A DNA stretch of 63,230 nt, filler included, from Actinomycetota bacterium (GCA_025963875.1; 4 parts of 4 records of this genome joined end to end with filler, not necessarily neighbours in it), one strand, 5' to 3'; positions 9,320 to 19,116 are shown, counted from the first letter of the whole stretch. Numbers and translations are program-made. The notes: generated by a model from the sequence alone, not told the origin.

Positions 9320-10813
9320 TTGCTGACCACCCGGGGTTGGGCGCTGGCGGCCGGCAACCTCGCCCTGCTGATCGCCGGAAGGCTCCTGGGCGTGCGGGAG
9401 CTGTTCGAGTTGGGCCTCGGCCTCGCCACCCTCGTCATCGCCTCCTGCATCGTCGTGCGCCGCGGCGGGCACGACACCCGGCTCTCCCGCGCCGTCCAGC
9501 CGCTCGAGGTCTACCCGGGGACGCTCGTTCGGGTGGAGGTGAGCATCCGGGCCGGCGGCCGCCGGTCGCCGCCACTGCTGTTCGTCGAGGAGCTGCCCGC
9601 CGACCTGGCCGACGGGGTTCCGGCCCTGACGCCCAAGCTGACGCCCAAATTGGCGCCCAGGCTGACGTCCCGCCTGAGGCCCAGGCTCCCGAAGGCACCC
9701 GCCAAGACGCTCGCGACGACCACCGACGCCGGGGATCAGGCCCGCAGGCCCGGCCGGCGGGCGATCGCCTTCCCGATCGGCGCCATCGAGGCCCGGCAGG
9801 TTCACCACGTCGCTTACCAGGTGCTGCCGCCGAAGCGCGGCCGCTACGACATCGGTCCGGGCTCGACCGTGGTCACCGACCCGTTCGGCCTCGCCCGCGC
9901 CCCCGACCGCCCGCTCGCCCGGAGCTTCCTCCTGGTGTTCCCGGCCATCGAGGTGCTGCCGCCGATGGCCACCGCCAGCCCCCACTCCGTCGAGGGGACC
10001 CCCCGGCCGCTCGCGCCGACGCCCGTCGGCGACGAGTTCTTCACCATGCGGGAGTACCAGCCCGGCGACGACGTGAAGAAGATCCACTGGCGCACGACCG
10101 CCCGGCAGGGCCGGATCATGGTCCGCCAGGAGGACCGGCCCTCGGAGCCTCGCGCGATGGTCCTGCTCGACGACCGCCGCCGCTCGCACGCACGGCGCTC
10201 CGACGGCGCCGACTCCTTCGAGGCCTGCGTCTCCTCGGCAGCCTCGCTCATCCACCTCTTCACCTCCCAGGGCCTCGGCGTGGGTCTCGCCCTGGCATCC
10301 CGGATGGGCGTGCGCCCCGACGCCGGTCAGAACGCCGGCCGGGCCGACCCGCTGCGCCGGCCGGGCTCCAACGCCGATGCGCGCGGGGGGTCGGGGTTCG
10401 GCAAGGGGACCGACCACCAGCGCGAGCTGATGCAGCGCCTGGCCCTCCTCGGCCTGTCGGGGTCGGGCGACCTGGCGGCGGGGATCGGCGAACTGCTCGA
10501 TCCCCGCACGGGCGCCACCTACCTGGCGGTCGTCACGACGGAGATCGACCCCGGATGGGAACTGCACGCGGCGGCGGGTGCCCGGCTCGAGCACGGGCTT
10601 CCGATCGTGGTGATCCGCCACCTCCGGCACACCTATCTCGGCCTGAGGGGCGAGCGGCTCCGGGAGGAAGAGGAGCAGGCCCGCGGCGCCGCCCTCCTGC
10701 TGGAGCGCTACGGCGGGACGATCATCGACGTCAGGGCCGGCGAGAGCCTCAAGCCGGCGTGGGAGCAGCGGGTGGGCGCACGGTCCCGCTCCGAGGCTGC
10801 CGCCGCCCGGTGA
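9320..10813 (+). CDS. DUF58 domain protein
   Basis: RGRY..G..DPFGL and REYQPGDDVKKIHWRTTAR; located between MoxR and the transglutaminase. Confidence 0.9.
   Translation: MLTTRGWALAAGNLALLIAGRLLGVRELFELGLGLATLVIASCIVVRRGGHDTRLSRAVQPLEVYPGTLVRVEVSIRAGGRRSPPLLFVEELPADLADGVPALTPKLTPKLAPRLTSRLRPRLPKAPAKTLATTTDAGDQARRPGRRAIAFPIGAIEARQVHHVAYQVLPPKRGRYDIGPGSTVVTDPFGLARAPDRPLARSFLLVFPAIEVLPPMATASPHSVEGTPRPLAPTPVGDEFFTMREYQPGDDVKKIHWRTTARQGRIMVRQEDRPSEPRAMVLLDDRRRSHARRSDGADSFEACVSSAASLIHLFTSQGLGVGLALASRMGVRPDAGQNAGRADPLRRPGSNADARGGSGFGKGTDHQRELMQRLALLGLSGSGDLAAGIGELLDPRTGATYLAVVTTEIDPGWELHAAAGARLEHGLPIVVIRHLRHTYLGLRGERLREEEEQARGAALLLERYGGTIIDVRAGESLKPAWEQRVGARSRSEAAAAR
9626..9685 (+). repeat. Five in-frame degenerate 12-bp tandem repeats inside DUF58
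   Basis: ctgacgcccaag / ctgacgcccaaa / ttggcgcccagg / ctgacgtcccgc / ctgaggcccagg, encoding LTPK-LTPK-LAPR-LTSR-LRPR. Confidence 0.8.
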
Positions 10814-10823
10814 GGAGCCTTCG

Positions 10824-13109
10824 GTGACCCGGGAGGGCGAAGGCAGGCTCGTGCTCGCGCTGGGCCTGGTGGCCGGCACGTGCGTCTACGCCTTCTCCCG
10901 CGTCTTCTCCGGCCGGGCATGGCTGATCCCCGCCCTGGCCGCCGCCTGGGGCGCCATCGCCCTCTCCCGCTGGCTCGCGCACCTGCGGATCCCCAGGGTC
11001 GTGGCGACATTCGTGGTCGCCGTCGTCGGCGCCTTCCTCGTGCTCCTCGTCGTGTTCCCTCAGGCCACGTTCTACGGGCTGCCCGGCCCGGGGAGCGTGC
11101 AGCGGGCGCTTGCGACGGTGCGCGCCGCCAACGCCAGCATCGCCGATGTCACGGCCCCCGTCCCGGCGGATCCCGGCTACCTCGCCCTGGCGATGGCGGC
11201 GGCGTGGATCGCCGGCGGCCTGTCGAGTTCGCTCATCGGGTCGCCCGACCGTGTCGGACCCAAAGACGGGCGGAAAGAGGAGCGGGGGGGCCTGCGGTCC
11301 CTGTCCCCGTCGCTCATGGCGCCGCTGCCCTGGATCGTCCTGTTCACGGTCGCAGCGGGCGTCGGCCAGGGCAGGGGCCGCCTGTTCGTCGCCGCCCTCT
11401 TCTTCGCCGCGATCCTCGCCTTTCTGCTGGCCGAGAGCTGGAGCGGCCTCGGGCGACTGCCGAAGCTTGATGGCGCGATGCGCCTGGGGGCACTCTCCCT
11501 GGCGGGGGCCATCCTGCTGCCCAACCTCGTACCCGGCTACCGGGCCGGGCCGGTCTTCCCGTGGGCCCGGATCGGTCCCCTGACCGAGACGACCGTCAGC
11601 CCGCTCGTGCAGATCAAGCCCTTCCTGCTCAACCAGTCGAACGTGAGCCTGTTCAAGGTGAGCGCCGAGCAGCCCGCCTACTGGCGGCTCACGTCCCTCG
11701 ACCACTTCGACGGCAACACCTGGTCGTCGCAGGGCACCTACAACCCCGCCGCCGGCGTGCTCGCCACGGCGTCACCCGCCATCGCGAGCCAGGTGATCCA
11801 CCAGCACTACGCCATCACCGGGCTCGGCGGCATCTGGGTGCCGGCCGCCTACGAGGTGACCCGCGTCGCCGGGCTCAAGAGCTCCGTCGACCCCACCACG
11901 CAGACGCTCATCGTGGGCAGCCTGCATGCGGGGCTGACCTACGACCTGGTGTCGGCATCCCCCGACCCCACCGGCACCCAGCTCTCGGCCGCCGGGGCCG
12001 GCCCGCCACCTCGGACCGAGGACCTGGCGCTGCCCGCGCCGACGGTCTCCCTCATCCGCCCGCTCACCCTGCAGCTCGTCGGATCCAACACGAACGCGTA
12101 CGACGATGCGGTGGCCATCCAACGGTACCTGCGGTCCTTCACCTACGACGAGCATGTCCAGGCGGACTCCAGCACCAACTACCTCTACGACTTCCTCACG
12201 AAGACCAAGGCGGGGTTCTGCCAGCAGTTCGCCGGGGCCATGGCCGTCATGCTCAGGACGCTGGGCATCCCGGCCAGGGTGGCCGTCGGGTTCCTGCCCG
12301 GCTCGCCCACGATCGGGCCATCGGGCACCACCTTCTCGGTGACCGGGCGGCATGCCCATGCCTGGCCGGAGGCGTTCTTCCAGGGGATCGGCTGGGTCGC
12401 CTTCGAGCCCACCCCCCGCGCGGACGCTCCGCCTCCCAACTATACGGTGGCCCCGGCTCCGGTCACCGCACCGACCCAGGTGACCTCGCCGAGCCCGGAG
12501 GGATCCGCAGCGCCCTCCGCCGCCTCGAGCGCACCCCAGCCGGCGCCGACCCGAGCCGAGGCACCGACGAAGGTGGCACACCCGGCGATCACGGCAGCCC
12601 GGCGAGCCTCGTACATCCTGCTGGCGGCCCTCGCCGGCGTGCTCGTGGCCCTCTTCGGCGCACGGGAGGTGCGTCTGCGCCTGGCGGGCTGGAGGGCGCG
12701 GTCGGTCCCCGAGAAGGCGTTGGCGGCCTACCAGGAGTTCACCCTGCGCGCCGGCGACGCCATCGGGGAAGGGAGACACTCCGGCGAGACCGAGGCGGAG
12801 TACGCCCGCTCGGTGGTCCAGACCCTGGCGTTGCCTGCCGTGGCTGCGGCGGGGGTCACGGCCCTCACGGGCGCCTACCAGCGGGCGGCGTACTCGCTCC
12901 GGTCCCCCACCGCCGCCGAACTGGAGGCGGCCCTGCAAGCCAACCGGGCGCTGCGCCGCCAGCTCTGGAAGGGAGCGGACCGGCGGGGGAAGATCCGGCT
13001 GATCTTCTCACCCCGCCCGCTCTACACGCGCTCCGGTTCCGGCACCCGCGTGGGTGCCTACAACCGGCCTCGCTCGAGGAGGGCCCCCTCGGCTGCCCGA
13101 AGGGTCTGA
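10824..13109 (+). CDS. Membrane transglutaminase-like protein (DUF3488/TgpA type)
   Basis: N-terminal TM helices, YWR..LDHFDG..W, GFCQQFAGAMAVMLRTLGIPARVAVGF, HAWPE, FEPTP. Confidence 0.9.
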   Translation: MTREGEGRLVLALGLVAGTCVYAFSRVFSGRAWLIPALAAAWGAIALSRWLAHLRIPRVVATFVVAVVGAFLVLLVVFPQATFYGLPGPGSVQRALATVRAANASIADVTAPVPADPGYLALAMAAAWIAGGLSSSLIGSPDRVGPKDGRKEERGGLRSLSPSLMAPLPWIVLFTVAAGVGQGRGRLFVAALFFAAILAFLLAESWSGLGRLPKLDGAMRLGALSLAGAILLPNLVPGYRAGPVFPWARIGPLTETTVSPLVQIKPFLLNQSNVSLFKVSAEQPAYWRLTSLDHFDGNTWSSQGTYNPAAGVLATASPAIASQVIHQHYAITGLGGIWVPAAYEVTRVAGLKSSVDPTTQTLIVGSLHAGLTYDLVSASPDPTGTQLSAAGAGPPPRTEDLALPAPTVSLIRPLTLQLVGSNTNAYDDAVAIQRYLRSFTYDEHVQADSSTNYLYDFLTKTKAGFCQQFAGAMAVMLRTLGIPARVAVGFLPGSPTIGPSGTTFSVTGRHAHAWPEAFFQGIGWVAFEPTPRADAPPPNYTVAPAPVTAPTQVTSPSPEGSAAPSAASSAPQPAPTRAEAPTKVAHPAITAARRASYILLAALAGVLVALFGAREVRLRLAGWRARSVPEKALAAYQEFTLRAGDAIGEGRHSGETEAEYARSVVQTLALPAVAAAGVTALTGAYQRAAYSLRSPTAAELEAALQANRALRRQLWKGADRRGKIRLIFSPRPLYTRSGSGTRVGAYNRPRSRRAPSAARRV

Positions 13110-13546
13110 ACGAACTCCTCCCGGTCGCGGAGGAACTCGGCGACACCCTGGTCGAGGTTGGCGGTGATCTTGTCGATCGCGAGGAAGAAGGCCATCTGAC
13201 CCTGGCGCAGCGCGTCCAGGATCTCCCCGTCATCCTTGGCCACACGGAAGATGCTCTGGCCATCGGTGATGAGCTTGATCTCCGCCAGGTGCTCTTCCAT
13301 GCCGGCCTTCTCTCTCAGGTACTTGTACGCTCTCCGGACCCGCTGCAGCGACATCCCGCCATCGAGCAACGACCGCACGACCTTGAGGGCCACGAGGTCG
13401 CGGAACGAGTAGAGACGGCGCACGCCAGGGCGCCCCCCCGTTGACTGGATGCTCGGCCGGACGAGACCGATCTGGTCCCAGTACCGAAGCTGATGTGCAG
13501 TGCAATTGGTGAATCGACAAGCCTGTAGGACAGTGAATCCCTCCAC
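13058..13546 (-). CDS. MerR family transcriptional regulator (Rv1830/McdR-like)
   Basis: GTG start; QLRYWD..GLVRPS...RRLYSFRDLVALKVVRSLLDGGMSLQ; C-terminal ITDGQSI..EILDALRQGQ. Confidence 0.85.
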   Translation of the reverse strand: MEGFTVLQACRFTNCTAHQLRYWDQIGLVRPSIQSTGGRPGVRRLYSFRDLVALKVVRSLLDGGMSLQRVRRAYKYLREKAGMEEHLAEIKLITDGQSIFRVAKDDGEILDALRQGQMAFFLAIDKITANLDQGVAEFLRDREEFVQTLRAAEGALLERGRL

Positions 13547-13733
13547 CTGACCCCTTTCCGCAAGAACGCACGCGCCCCACCCGGGGAAGAGGGAAGTGCG
13601 AACAGGACGATCCTGCACTTCTAACAAAGCCGCCGCCCCGCGGCAAGTCAGGAACCGAGCTTTTCCCTCCTAATTCACCCAGGGCGCGAAACAATTCCAG
13701 AGCCTGCCCACGGTGCTGCAGTTGATCGATTGG

Positions 13734-14108
13734 TCAGTCGGAGTCGCGACGGCGCAACTTCCGCACCTTGCCCAGTTGGTCGCGGAACCGCTTGCCCATC
13801 GAATCGCCACCCGGCCCGCGGCGTGCCGCGCGCTCTTCACCGCTCCGCTTCAAGCCGTTGTAGGCAAGGGTCGCTCCCGACAGCATGAGGAGGAAAGCGG
13901 CCACGCCAAAGAGGATCTGCGTGGTACCGAACCAGACGAACAGCGCCGCGACCCCGAGGACGAACAGGCCAATGCCACGCCGAAGATTTCGTGCGGAGTG
14001 ACCCTTCCGGGCCTTGCTTGCCACGTTGCGGGCAAACTTCGGATCCTGCTCGTAGAGCTGGCGCTCGATCTCCTCGAGGATCTTCTGTTCGTGTTCCGAA
14101 AGTGGCAT
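13734..14108 (-). CDS. DUF3040 membrane protein
   Basis: MPLSEHEQKILEEIERQLYEQDPKFA followed by two TM helices; TATAAT at 14202-14207 (minus strand) upstream. Confidence 0.9.
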   Translation of the reverse strand: MPLSEHEQKILEEIERQLYEQDPKFARNVASKARKGHSARNLRRGIGLFVLGVAALFVWFGTTQILFGVAAFLLMLSGATLAYNGLKRSGEERAARRGPGGDSMGKRFRDQLGKVRKLRRRDSD

Positions 14109-14259
14109 ACGGTTGTCGCTCACCCTCCGGGTAGAGCCAGCGCCAGACCTTCCCAGTACCTTCGCAGCCGGGCACCTCGCCCGACTGTTCTCCAAAGCTA
14201 GATTATAGGGCTCCGGGCCGTGAACGGATCCCCCGGCGGCCCAGTTGCGACGCTTGTTT

Positions 14260-15441
14260 CTAACTCAGGAGCGTACCCAGCGTCACCGCCGTGTCACCGA
14301 ACTTGCGGCGAATCTCGTCGAGGGCACCTTCCGCCGCCGACCACCGAGGTTCGTCCTCCAGGCTGATCTGCTCGGAAGCCGGCCACTCCCCGAGCTGCGA
14401 CACCGACACCCCGAGAAGGCGGACCCTGGGGCTGGTGCTGCGGCTGTCGATGGCCTTGGCGCACAACGCCTTGGCGGTGGCGAAGATCGGTGCCGTGGAG
14501 TCCACCTCCCGGGGCAGCGTTTTGGCCCTGGTCAGGGTGACGAAGTTGGCGAAGCGGACCTTGACGTTGACCGTCTGCCCGCTGATGCCTGCCGAGCGCA
14601 GGCGCGAGGACACCCGATCCGAGAGCCGCAGCAGGGCCTGGGCGATCTCGGCATCGGTGACGAGGTCCCGCTCGAAGGTCTCCTCGGCCCCCACCGACTT
14701 GCGGGGAGGGTCGGCGATCACGGGGCGGCTGTCGCTTCCAGCGGCGAGCCTGGCGAGCTGGCCGCCCATGGTCCCGAGCGCACGCTGCAGCGTGGCGGCG
14801 GGGACGGCGGCGACGTCGCCGATCGTGCGCAGGCCGAGGCGCTCCAGAAGCTCGGCCGTCCGCTCCCCCACCCCCCAGAGATCGGACACCGGGAGCGGAT
14901 GGAGGAACGCTGTGACGCTGTCGGGGCTGATGGCGAGGAGACCGTCGGGCTTGGCGTGGCGGGAGGCCAGCTTGGCGAGGAACTTGTTCGGCGCCAGGCC
15001 GACCGAGACCACGAGACCCGTCGCCCGCTTCACCTCGCGGCGGAGCGCCTCGCCGAGCGCCTCGGGGCCGGGCCACATGCGGGTGGCGCCTCGCAGGTCG
15101 AGGAAGGCCTCGTCGAGAGCGAGGGGCTCCACCACCGGGGAGAAGGAGTCGAACACCTCCCGGACCTGTTTCGAGTAGCGCCCGTAGGCGTCGAAGTCGG
15201 GCGGCAGGTAGATGCCGTAGGGGCACAGCCGCCGGGCGCGGGAGGTGGGCATGGCGGAGGTGACGCCCATGCGGCGGGCCTCGTAGGAGGCGGACGTAAC
15301 GACGCCACGGGACGACGTTCCGCCCACGATGACCGGCTTGCCGGCGAGGGCCGGGTCCTTGATGACCTCGACGGAGGCATAGAAGGCGTCGAGGTCCGCA
15401 TGGAGCACGGGCGTAGGCCAGCCCCCCTCCGTGGCGGTCAT
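14260..15441 (-). CDS. dinB: DNA polymerase IV (Y family)
   Basis: LHADLDAFYASVE, SYEAR, LALDEAFLD, NKFLAKLAS, LWGVG, RLLGV, and a clamp-like QISL near the C-terminus. Confidence 0.95.
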   Translation of the reverse strand: MTATEGGWPTPVLHADLDAFYASVEVIKDPALAGKPVIVGGTSSRGVVTSASYEARRMGVTSAMPTSRARRLCPYGIYLPPDFDAYGRYSKQVREVFDSFSPVVEPLALDEAFLDLRGATRMWPGPEALGEALRREVKRATGLVVSVGLAPNKFLAKLASRHAKPDGLLAISPDSVTAFLHPLPVSDLWGVGERTAELLERLGLRTIGDVAAVPAATLQRALGTMGGQLARLAAGSDSRPVIADPPRKSVGAEETFERDLVTDAEIAQALLRLSDRVSSRLRSAGISGQTVNVKVRFANFVTLTRAKTLPREVDSTAPIFATAKALCAKAIDSRSTSPRVRLLGVSVSQLGEWPASEQISLEDEPRWSAAEGALDEIRRKFGDTAVTLGTLLS

Positions 15442-15509
15442 CGGGGGGGTGGTCCCAGTTTCCTACCGTATGCGGGGTAAACCAGGACCACCCCCGTCGC
15501 CGGAGGCCA

Positions 15510-18500
15510 TCACCGGCCCGCCGAGCCCGGGCTCGAGTGCCAGATCTTTGAGCCCGGCGGGACCACGGGGGTCGCTCCCTTCAGCTTCGCCAGGTCGATC
15601 ACCTCCTCACCCAGGACCGACACCCCCTTCACCCCCGTCCGGCGCAGCGTTCCCCGCACGGCGAGTATCCACCCGTCGAAGACACACCGGGCGTAGCGGG
15701 ACTGCGCCTCCTCGAAGAGCGCGACGTCGGCGTTGCCGGTCCCATCGTCGAGCGTGAGGAAGATCACCCGCTTGCCGGAGCGGATCGGCGGCGTCTGGGT
15801 GGCGACCTTCACCCCGGCCACCACCACCTTGGTGTTGCCCCGGCGGGTCCGCAGCTCGGAGGCCGGGGTCCACCCGAGGGCGGCCAGCTCCTCGGCGTAG
15901 AACTCGATCACGTGGCTGGATACGTCGAGGCCCAGGACCTCCAGCTCCGCCTCCACCCGCTCCCTGGGGCTGTAGTCCTCCAGGCCGGGCAGGCGGATCT
16001 GCTCGGTCTCGGCGAGAGCGAACGACAGCTGGTCGGCTTGCTCCCGCATCCGGGCCGACCAGCTCTCCTCGACCTCCCACCACAGCTCCCGGCGGCTCCG
16101 CCTCCCCTTGATCGAGTCGAAGGCGCCGCAGTGCACCAGCGCCTCGGTGACGGGCCGGGACACCTCCGCCCGCCGGCAGAACCCGCCGAAGTCCCGCCAC
16201 GGACGCCCGGCGACGATCGAGGCGATCTCGGCGTCGGAGATCCCCTTCACGTCCTGGAGGCCGAGCCTCAGGGCCGGTGGGTCAGCCGCCTCCACCCGGT
16301 AATCGGCGGCCGAGGCATTCACATCGACGGGCAGGATCGGCACCCCCATGGCCCGGGCGTCGGCGAGGATGGCCCGCCGCGGGTACATCCCCGGGTCATG
16401 CGTGAGCACCCCCGAGTAGAACGCTGCGGGGTAGTGCGCCTTCAGCCAGGCGGACTGGTAGGTGGGCACGGCGAAGGCCGCGGCATGGGCCTTGCAGAAC
16501 CCGAACGAGGCGAACTGCAGCAGCTCGTGCCAGACCTTCGCCGCGGCGGGGCGCTCCCAGCCGCGCTCGAGGGCCTGCGCGACGAGCCAGGCGCCGATCT
16601 CGTCGGTGGCAACCGAGTCGTCGAGGAGGCGGCGGATGCGGTCGGCCTCCGCGAGGTCGCAACCGGTCAGGGTCGAGATCACCCGCATGACCTGCTCGTG
16701 GTAGACGACGACGCCTTTGGTCTCGGCGAGGATCGGGCGCATGGACGGGTGCGGGTAGACGGTGGGCTCCAGGCCCATCCGGCGCTCCAGGAACGGGCGC
16801 ACCATGTCGGACTTCACCGGGCCGGGCCGGAACAGCGAGATGTCGATGATCAGGTCCTCGAAGCGGTCCGGCTGGAACTTGCCGAGGAGCTCGCGCTGGC
16901 CGGGCGACTCGATCTGGAAGCACCCCATCGTCGCCGAGTCCCGGATGAGCTCGAAGGTGGCGGGGTCGTCCCGGGCGGCCTGGTCGATGTCGGGTCGGAC
17001 GCCATGGATGCGCTCGACCTCGTTCATGGTGTGGGCGATGGTCGAGAGCATCCGCACGCCGAGCACGTCGAGCTTGGCGAGCCCCAGGGCCTCCACGTCG
17101 TCCTTGTCGAACTGGGAGACGAGGAAGCCCTCGTAGGAGCGCTGCATCGGCATGAGCTCGGGCAGGGCGTCGTCGGAGAGGATCACCCCGGAGGGGTGCA
17201 GGGCCAGGTGCCGGGGGTAGCCGTCCAGGCGGCTGGCGAGGCTGAAGAGGGTCCCGAACCGCGCTGCGGGCAGCGACAGCTCCGCCACCTCCGGAAGGGC
17301 TTCCAGCGCCTCGGGGATGGCCCCCGCCGAGATGTGGGGGAAGGCCTTCGCCACGAGGTCCACCTCGCTGGGCGGCAGCCCGAGGGCCTTGCCGACCTCC
17401 CGCAGCGATGCCCGGGCCCGGAAGGTCTCCATCATCGCCACCATGGCGCAGCGCTGGCCGTAGGTCTCGAGGATGTAGGCGTTGACCTCCTCCCGGCGGG
17501 CGGACTCGAAGTCGACGTCGATGTCGGGGATCTCACGGCGGTGCTCGTTCATGAACCGCTCGAAGACCAGGCCGTAGCGGATGGGGTCGACGTCGGAGAT
17601 GCCGAGGACGTAGGCGACGAGGGAGCCCGCCGCCGAGCCCCGGCAGGCGCAACGGATGCTGAGGCTCCGCTTGGCGTGGTCCACGATGTCGGCGACGAGG
17701 AGGAAGTAGCCGCAGAACCCGCCCCGGCGGATCGCCCGGAGCTCCATCTGCAGCCGGTCCTCCACCTCGCGGCTCGCCTCCGGATAACGCCGGCGGACCC
17801 CGTCCCAGCACCGCTTCGCCAGGACCTCGGTCGAGGATTCCCCCCGGCGTGGGTCGGCCCCACCCCGCTCGGGTGGGAGGCCCGGGAAGTGGAACTCGCC
17901 GAAGGGCAGCTCGTACGTGCAGACCTCGGCCACGGCATTCGCCCCGGCGATCGCCTCCTCGGGGTGGAGGCGACCCATCTCGGCGCCGGACTTCAACCAG
18001 TACTCGTGGTTGGTCCGGGGGGCGTTCGCCGGCGAGAGGGCGACGATGCGCCGGATGCAGTCGAGCACCTCGTGCATCACCGCGTCGGCGCGCTCGGCGT
18101 AGTGGACGTTGTTGGTGGCCACCACCGGAGCGCCGAGCCTGGCCGCGACCTCCAGGAGGAGCCGGTTGCGGTCGGCGTCGCCGGGCTCCAGGTGGTTGGA
18201 AACCTCGATGGCGAAGGCGGCGCCGAAGACCTCCCGCCATCGCCGGGCGGCGTCCAGTGCCTCCTCGCTGCGCCCGAGGGCGGCGAGCCAGGGCACCTCC
18301 CCCCTCAGGCAACCGGACAGGGCGACCAGGCCCTCGGACCGGCGGGCGATCGCCTCGAAGCTGGTGCGGGGCCGCCGTCCCGGCGGCAGCGACTGCGCCC
18401 GTTCGTCGAGGTGCATCTCGGTGACGAGGTGGCAGAGGTTGGACCAACCCCGGGCGTCCTTGGCGAGCAGGACCGCGTGGTAGCCCTCGCCCCACTCCAG

Positions 18501-18701
18501 CTCGGCGCCGAGGATCGGCCGGACCCCCACGTGCCGGCAGGCCTGGCTGAAGCGGACTGCGCCGTACATGCCGTCGTGGTCGGTGAGGGCGAGAGCCTCC
18601 ATCCCCATCTCGGCGGCCCGGGCCGCGAGGTCCTCCACCCGGGCGGCCCCCTCCCGGAGGGAGTAGTTGGAGTGGACGTGGAGGTGGACGAATTGATCCA
18701 C
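15510..18701 (-). CDS. dnaE2: Error-prone DNA polymerase III alpha subunit
   Basis: PHP domain HLHVHS/LTDHDG, RGSAAGS, PDIDVDF, PRHLALHPSG, KLDVLG, FGFCKAHA, HDPGMYP, OB fold TPPIRSGKRVIF, C-terminal WHSSPGSAG; likely GTG start at 18701. Confidence 0.92.
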   Translation of the reverse strand: MDQFVHLHVHSNYSLREGAARVEDLAARAAEMGMEALALTDHDGMYGAVRFSQACRHVGVRPILGAELEWGEGYHAVLLAKDARGWSNLCHLVTEMHLDERAQSLPPGRRPRTSFEAIARRSEGLVALSGCLRGEVPWLAALGRSEEALDAARRWREVFGAAFAIEVSNHLEPGDADRNRLLLEVAARLGAPVVATNNVHYAERADAVMHEVLDCIRRIVALSPANAPRTNHEYWLKSGAEMGRLHPEEAIAGANAVAEVCTYELPFGEFHFPGLPPERGGADPRRGESSTEVLAKRCWDGVRRRYPEASREVEDRLQMELRAIRRGGFCGYFLLVADIVDHAKRSLSIRCACRGSAAGSLVAYVLGISDVDPIRYGLVFERFMNEHRREIPDIDVDFESARREEVNAYILETYGQRCAMVAMMETFRARASLREVGKALGLPPSEVDLVAKAFPHISAGAIPEALEALPEVAELSLPAARFGTLFSLASRLDGYPRHLALHPSGVILSDDALPELMPMQRSYEGFLVSQFDKDDVEALGLAKLDVLGVRMLSTIAHTMNEVERIHGVRPDIDQAARDDPATFELIRDSATMGCFQIESPGQRELLGKFQPDRFEDLIIDISLFRPGPVKSDMVRPFLERRMGLEPTVYPHPSMRPILAETKGVVVYHEQVMRVISTLTGCDLAEADRIRRLLDDSVATDEIGAWLVAQALERGWERPAAAKVWHELLQFASFGFCKAHAAAFAVPTYQSAWLKAHYPAAFYSGVLTHDPGMYPRRAILADARAMGVPILPVDVNASAADYRVEAADPPALRLGLQDVKGISDAEIASIVAGRPWRDFGGFCRRAEVSRPVTEALVHCGAFDSIKGRRSRRELWWEVEESWSARMREQADQLSFALAETEQIRLPGLEDYSPRERVEAELEVLGLDVSSHVIEFYAEELAALGWTPASELRTRRGNTKVVVAGVKVATQTPPIRSGKRVIFLTLDDGTGNADVALFEEAQSRYARCVFDGWILAVRGTLRRTGVKGVSVLGEEVIDLAKLKGATPVVPPGSKIWHSSPGSAGR

Positions 18702-18805
18702 AGGCCCGGGGGCGAGGGTGAGCCGGGCGCCCGGAGGGGGAGCGCACACAACCCCTCCTGGGCGCCCGGCCCCGGAGCCCTTCCTAGGGGGCCCCGGTCA
18801 GATGA

Positions 18806-19078
18806 TCAGTCCCACACCCTCGCAAGTCGCCATGGCTGCGCCTTCGGCCCAGCAAGTCGGTCGAACCGGAGGTCGTAGACACCGCCCTCTGCCTCGACCC
18901 TGAAGCACTCGTGGTCCCTCGCCCGCTGCGGGTCCCAACCCTCCCCTGCCTCTCGCCAGTACTTGAGCACCACTGCCACGGGGTAACGGCGGCCCCTCCA
19001 GGTGAACGCGGATGGCGTGAGGTGAGCCTGGCTGTTCTCAACTTCCACCTCGATCGGGTCGTTGTAGCGCTTGGTCAC
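18806..19078 (-). CDS. DUF6504-like small protein
   Basis: P.AFTWRGRRYPV..V...WRE...W, FRVEA, YDL, WRLARVWD; first gene of the SOS cassette. Confidence 0.8.
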   Translation of the reverse strand: MTKRYNDPIEVEVENSQAHLTPSAFTWRGRRYPVAVVLKYWREAGEGWDPQRARDHECFRVEAEGGVYDLRFDRLAGPKAQPWRLARVWD

Positions 19079-19092
19079 TGACCTCCCGCCAC

Positions 19093-19108
19093 TCGAACGT
19101 ATGTTCTG
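19093..19108. promoter_or_regulatory. LexA (SOS) box 1
   Basis: TCGAACGTATGTTCTG matches the Gram-positive CGAAC-N4-GTTCG consensus. Confidence 0.85.
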
Positions 19109-19116
19109 GGAGGCAG

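Noticed and set aside
3637..18878. Very long antisense or alternate-frame ORFs (e.g. 3637-5994, 6589-8229, 15912-18878)
   Set aside because: Shadow ORFs expected in high-GC DNA opposite well-supported genes; no recognisable motifs
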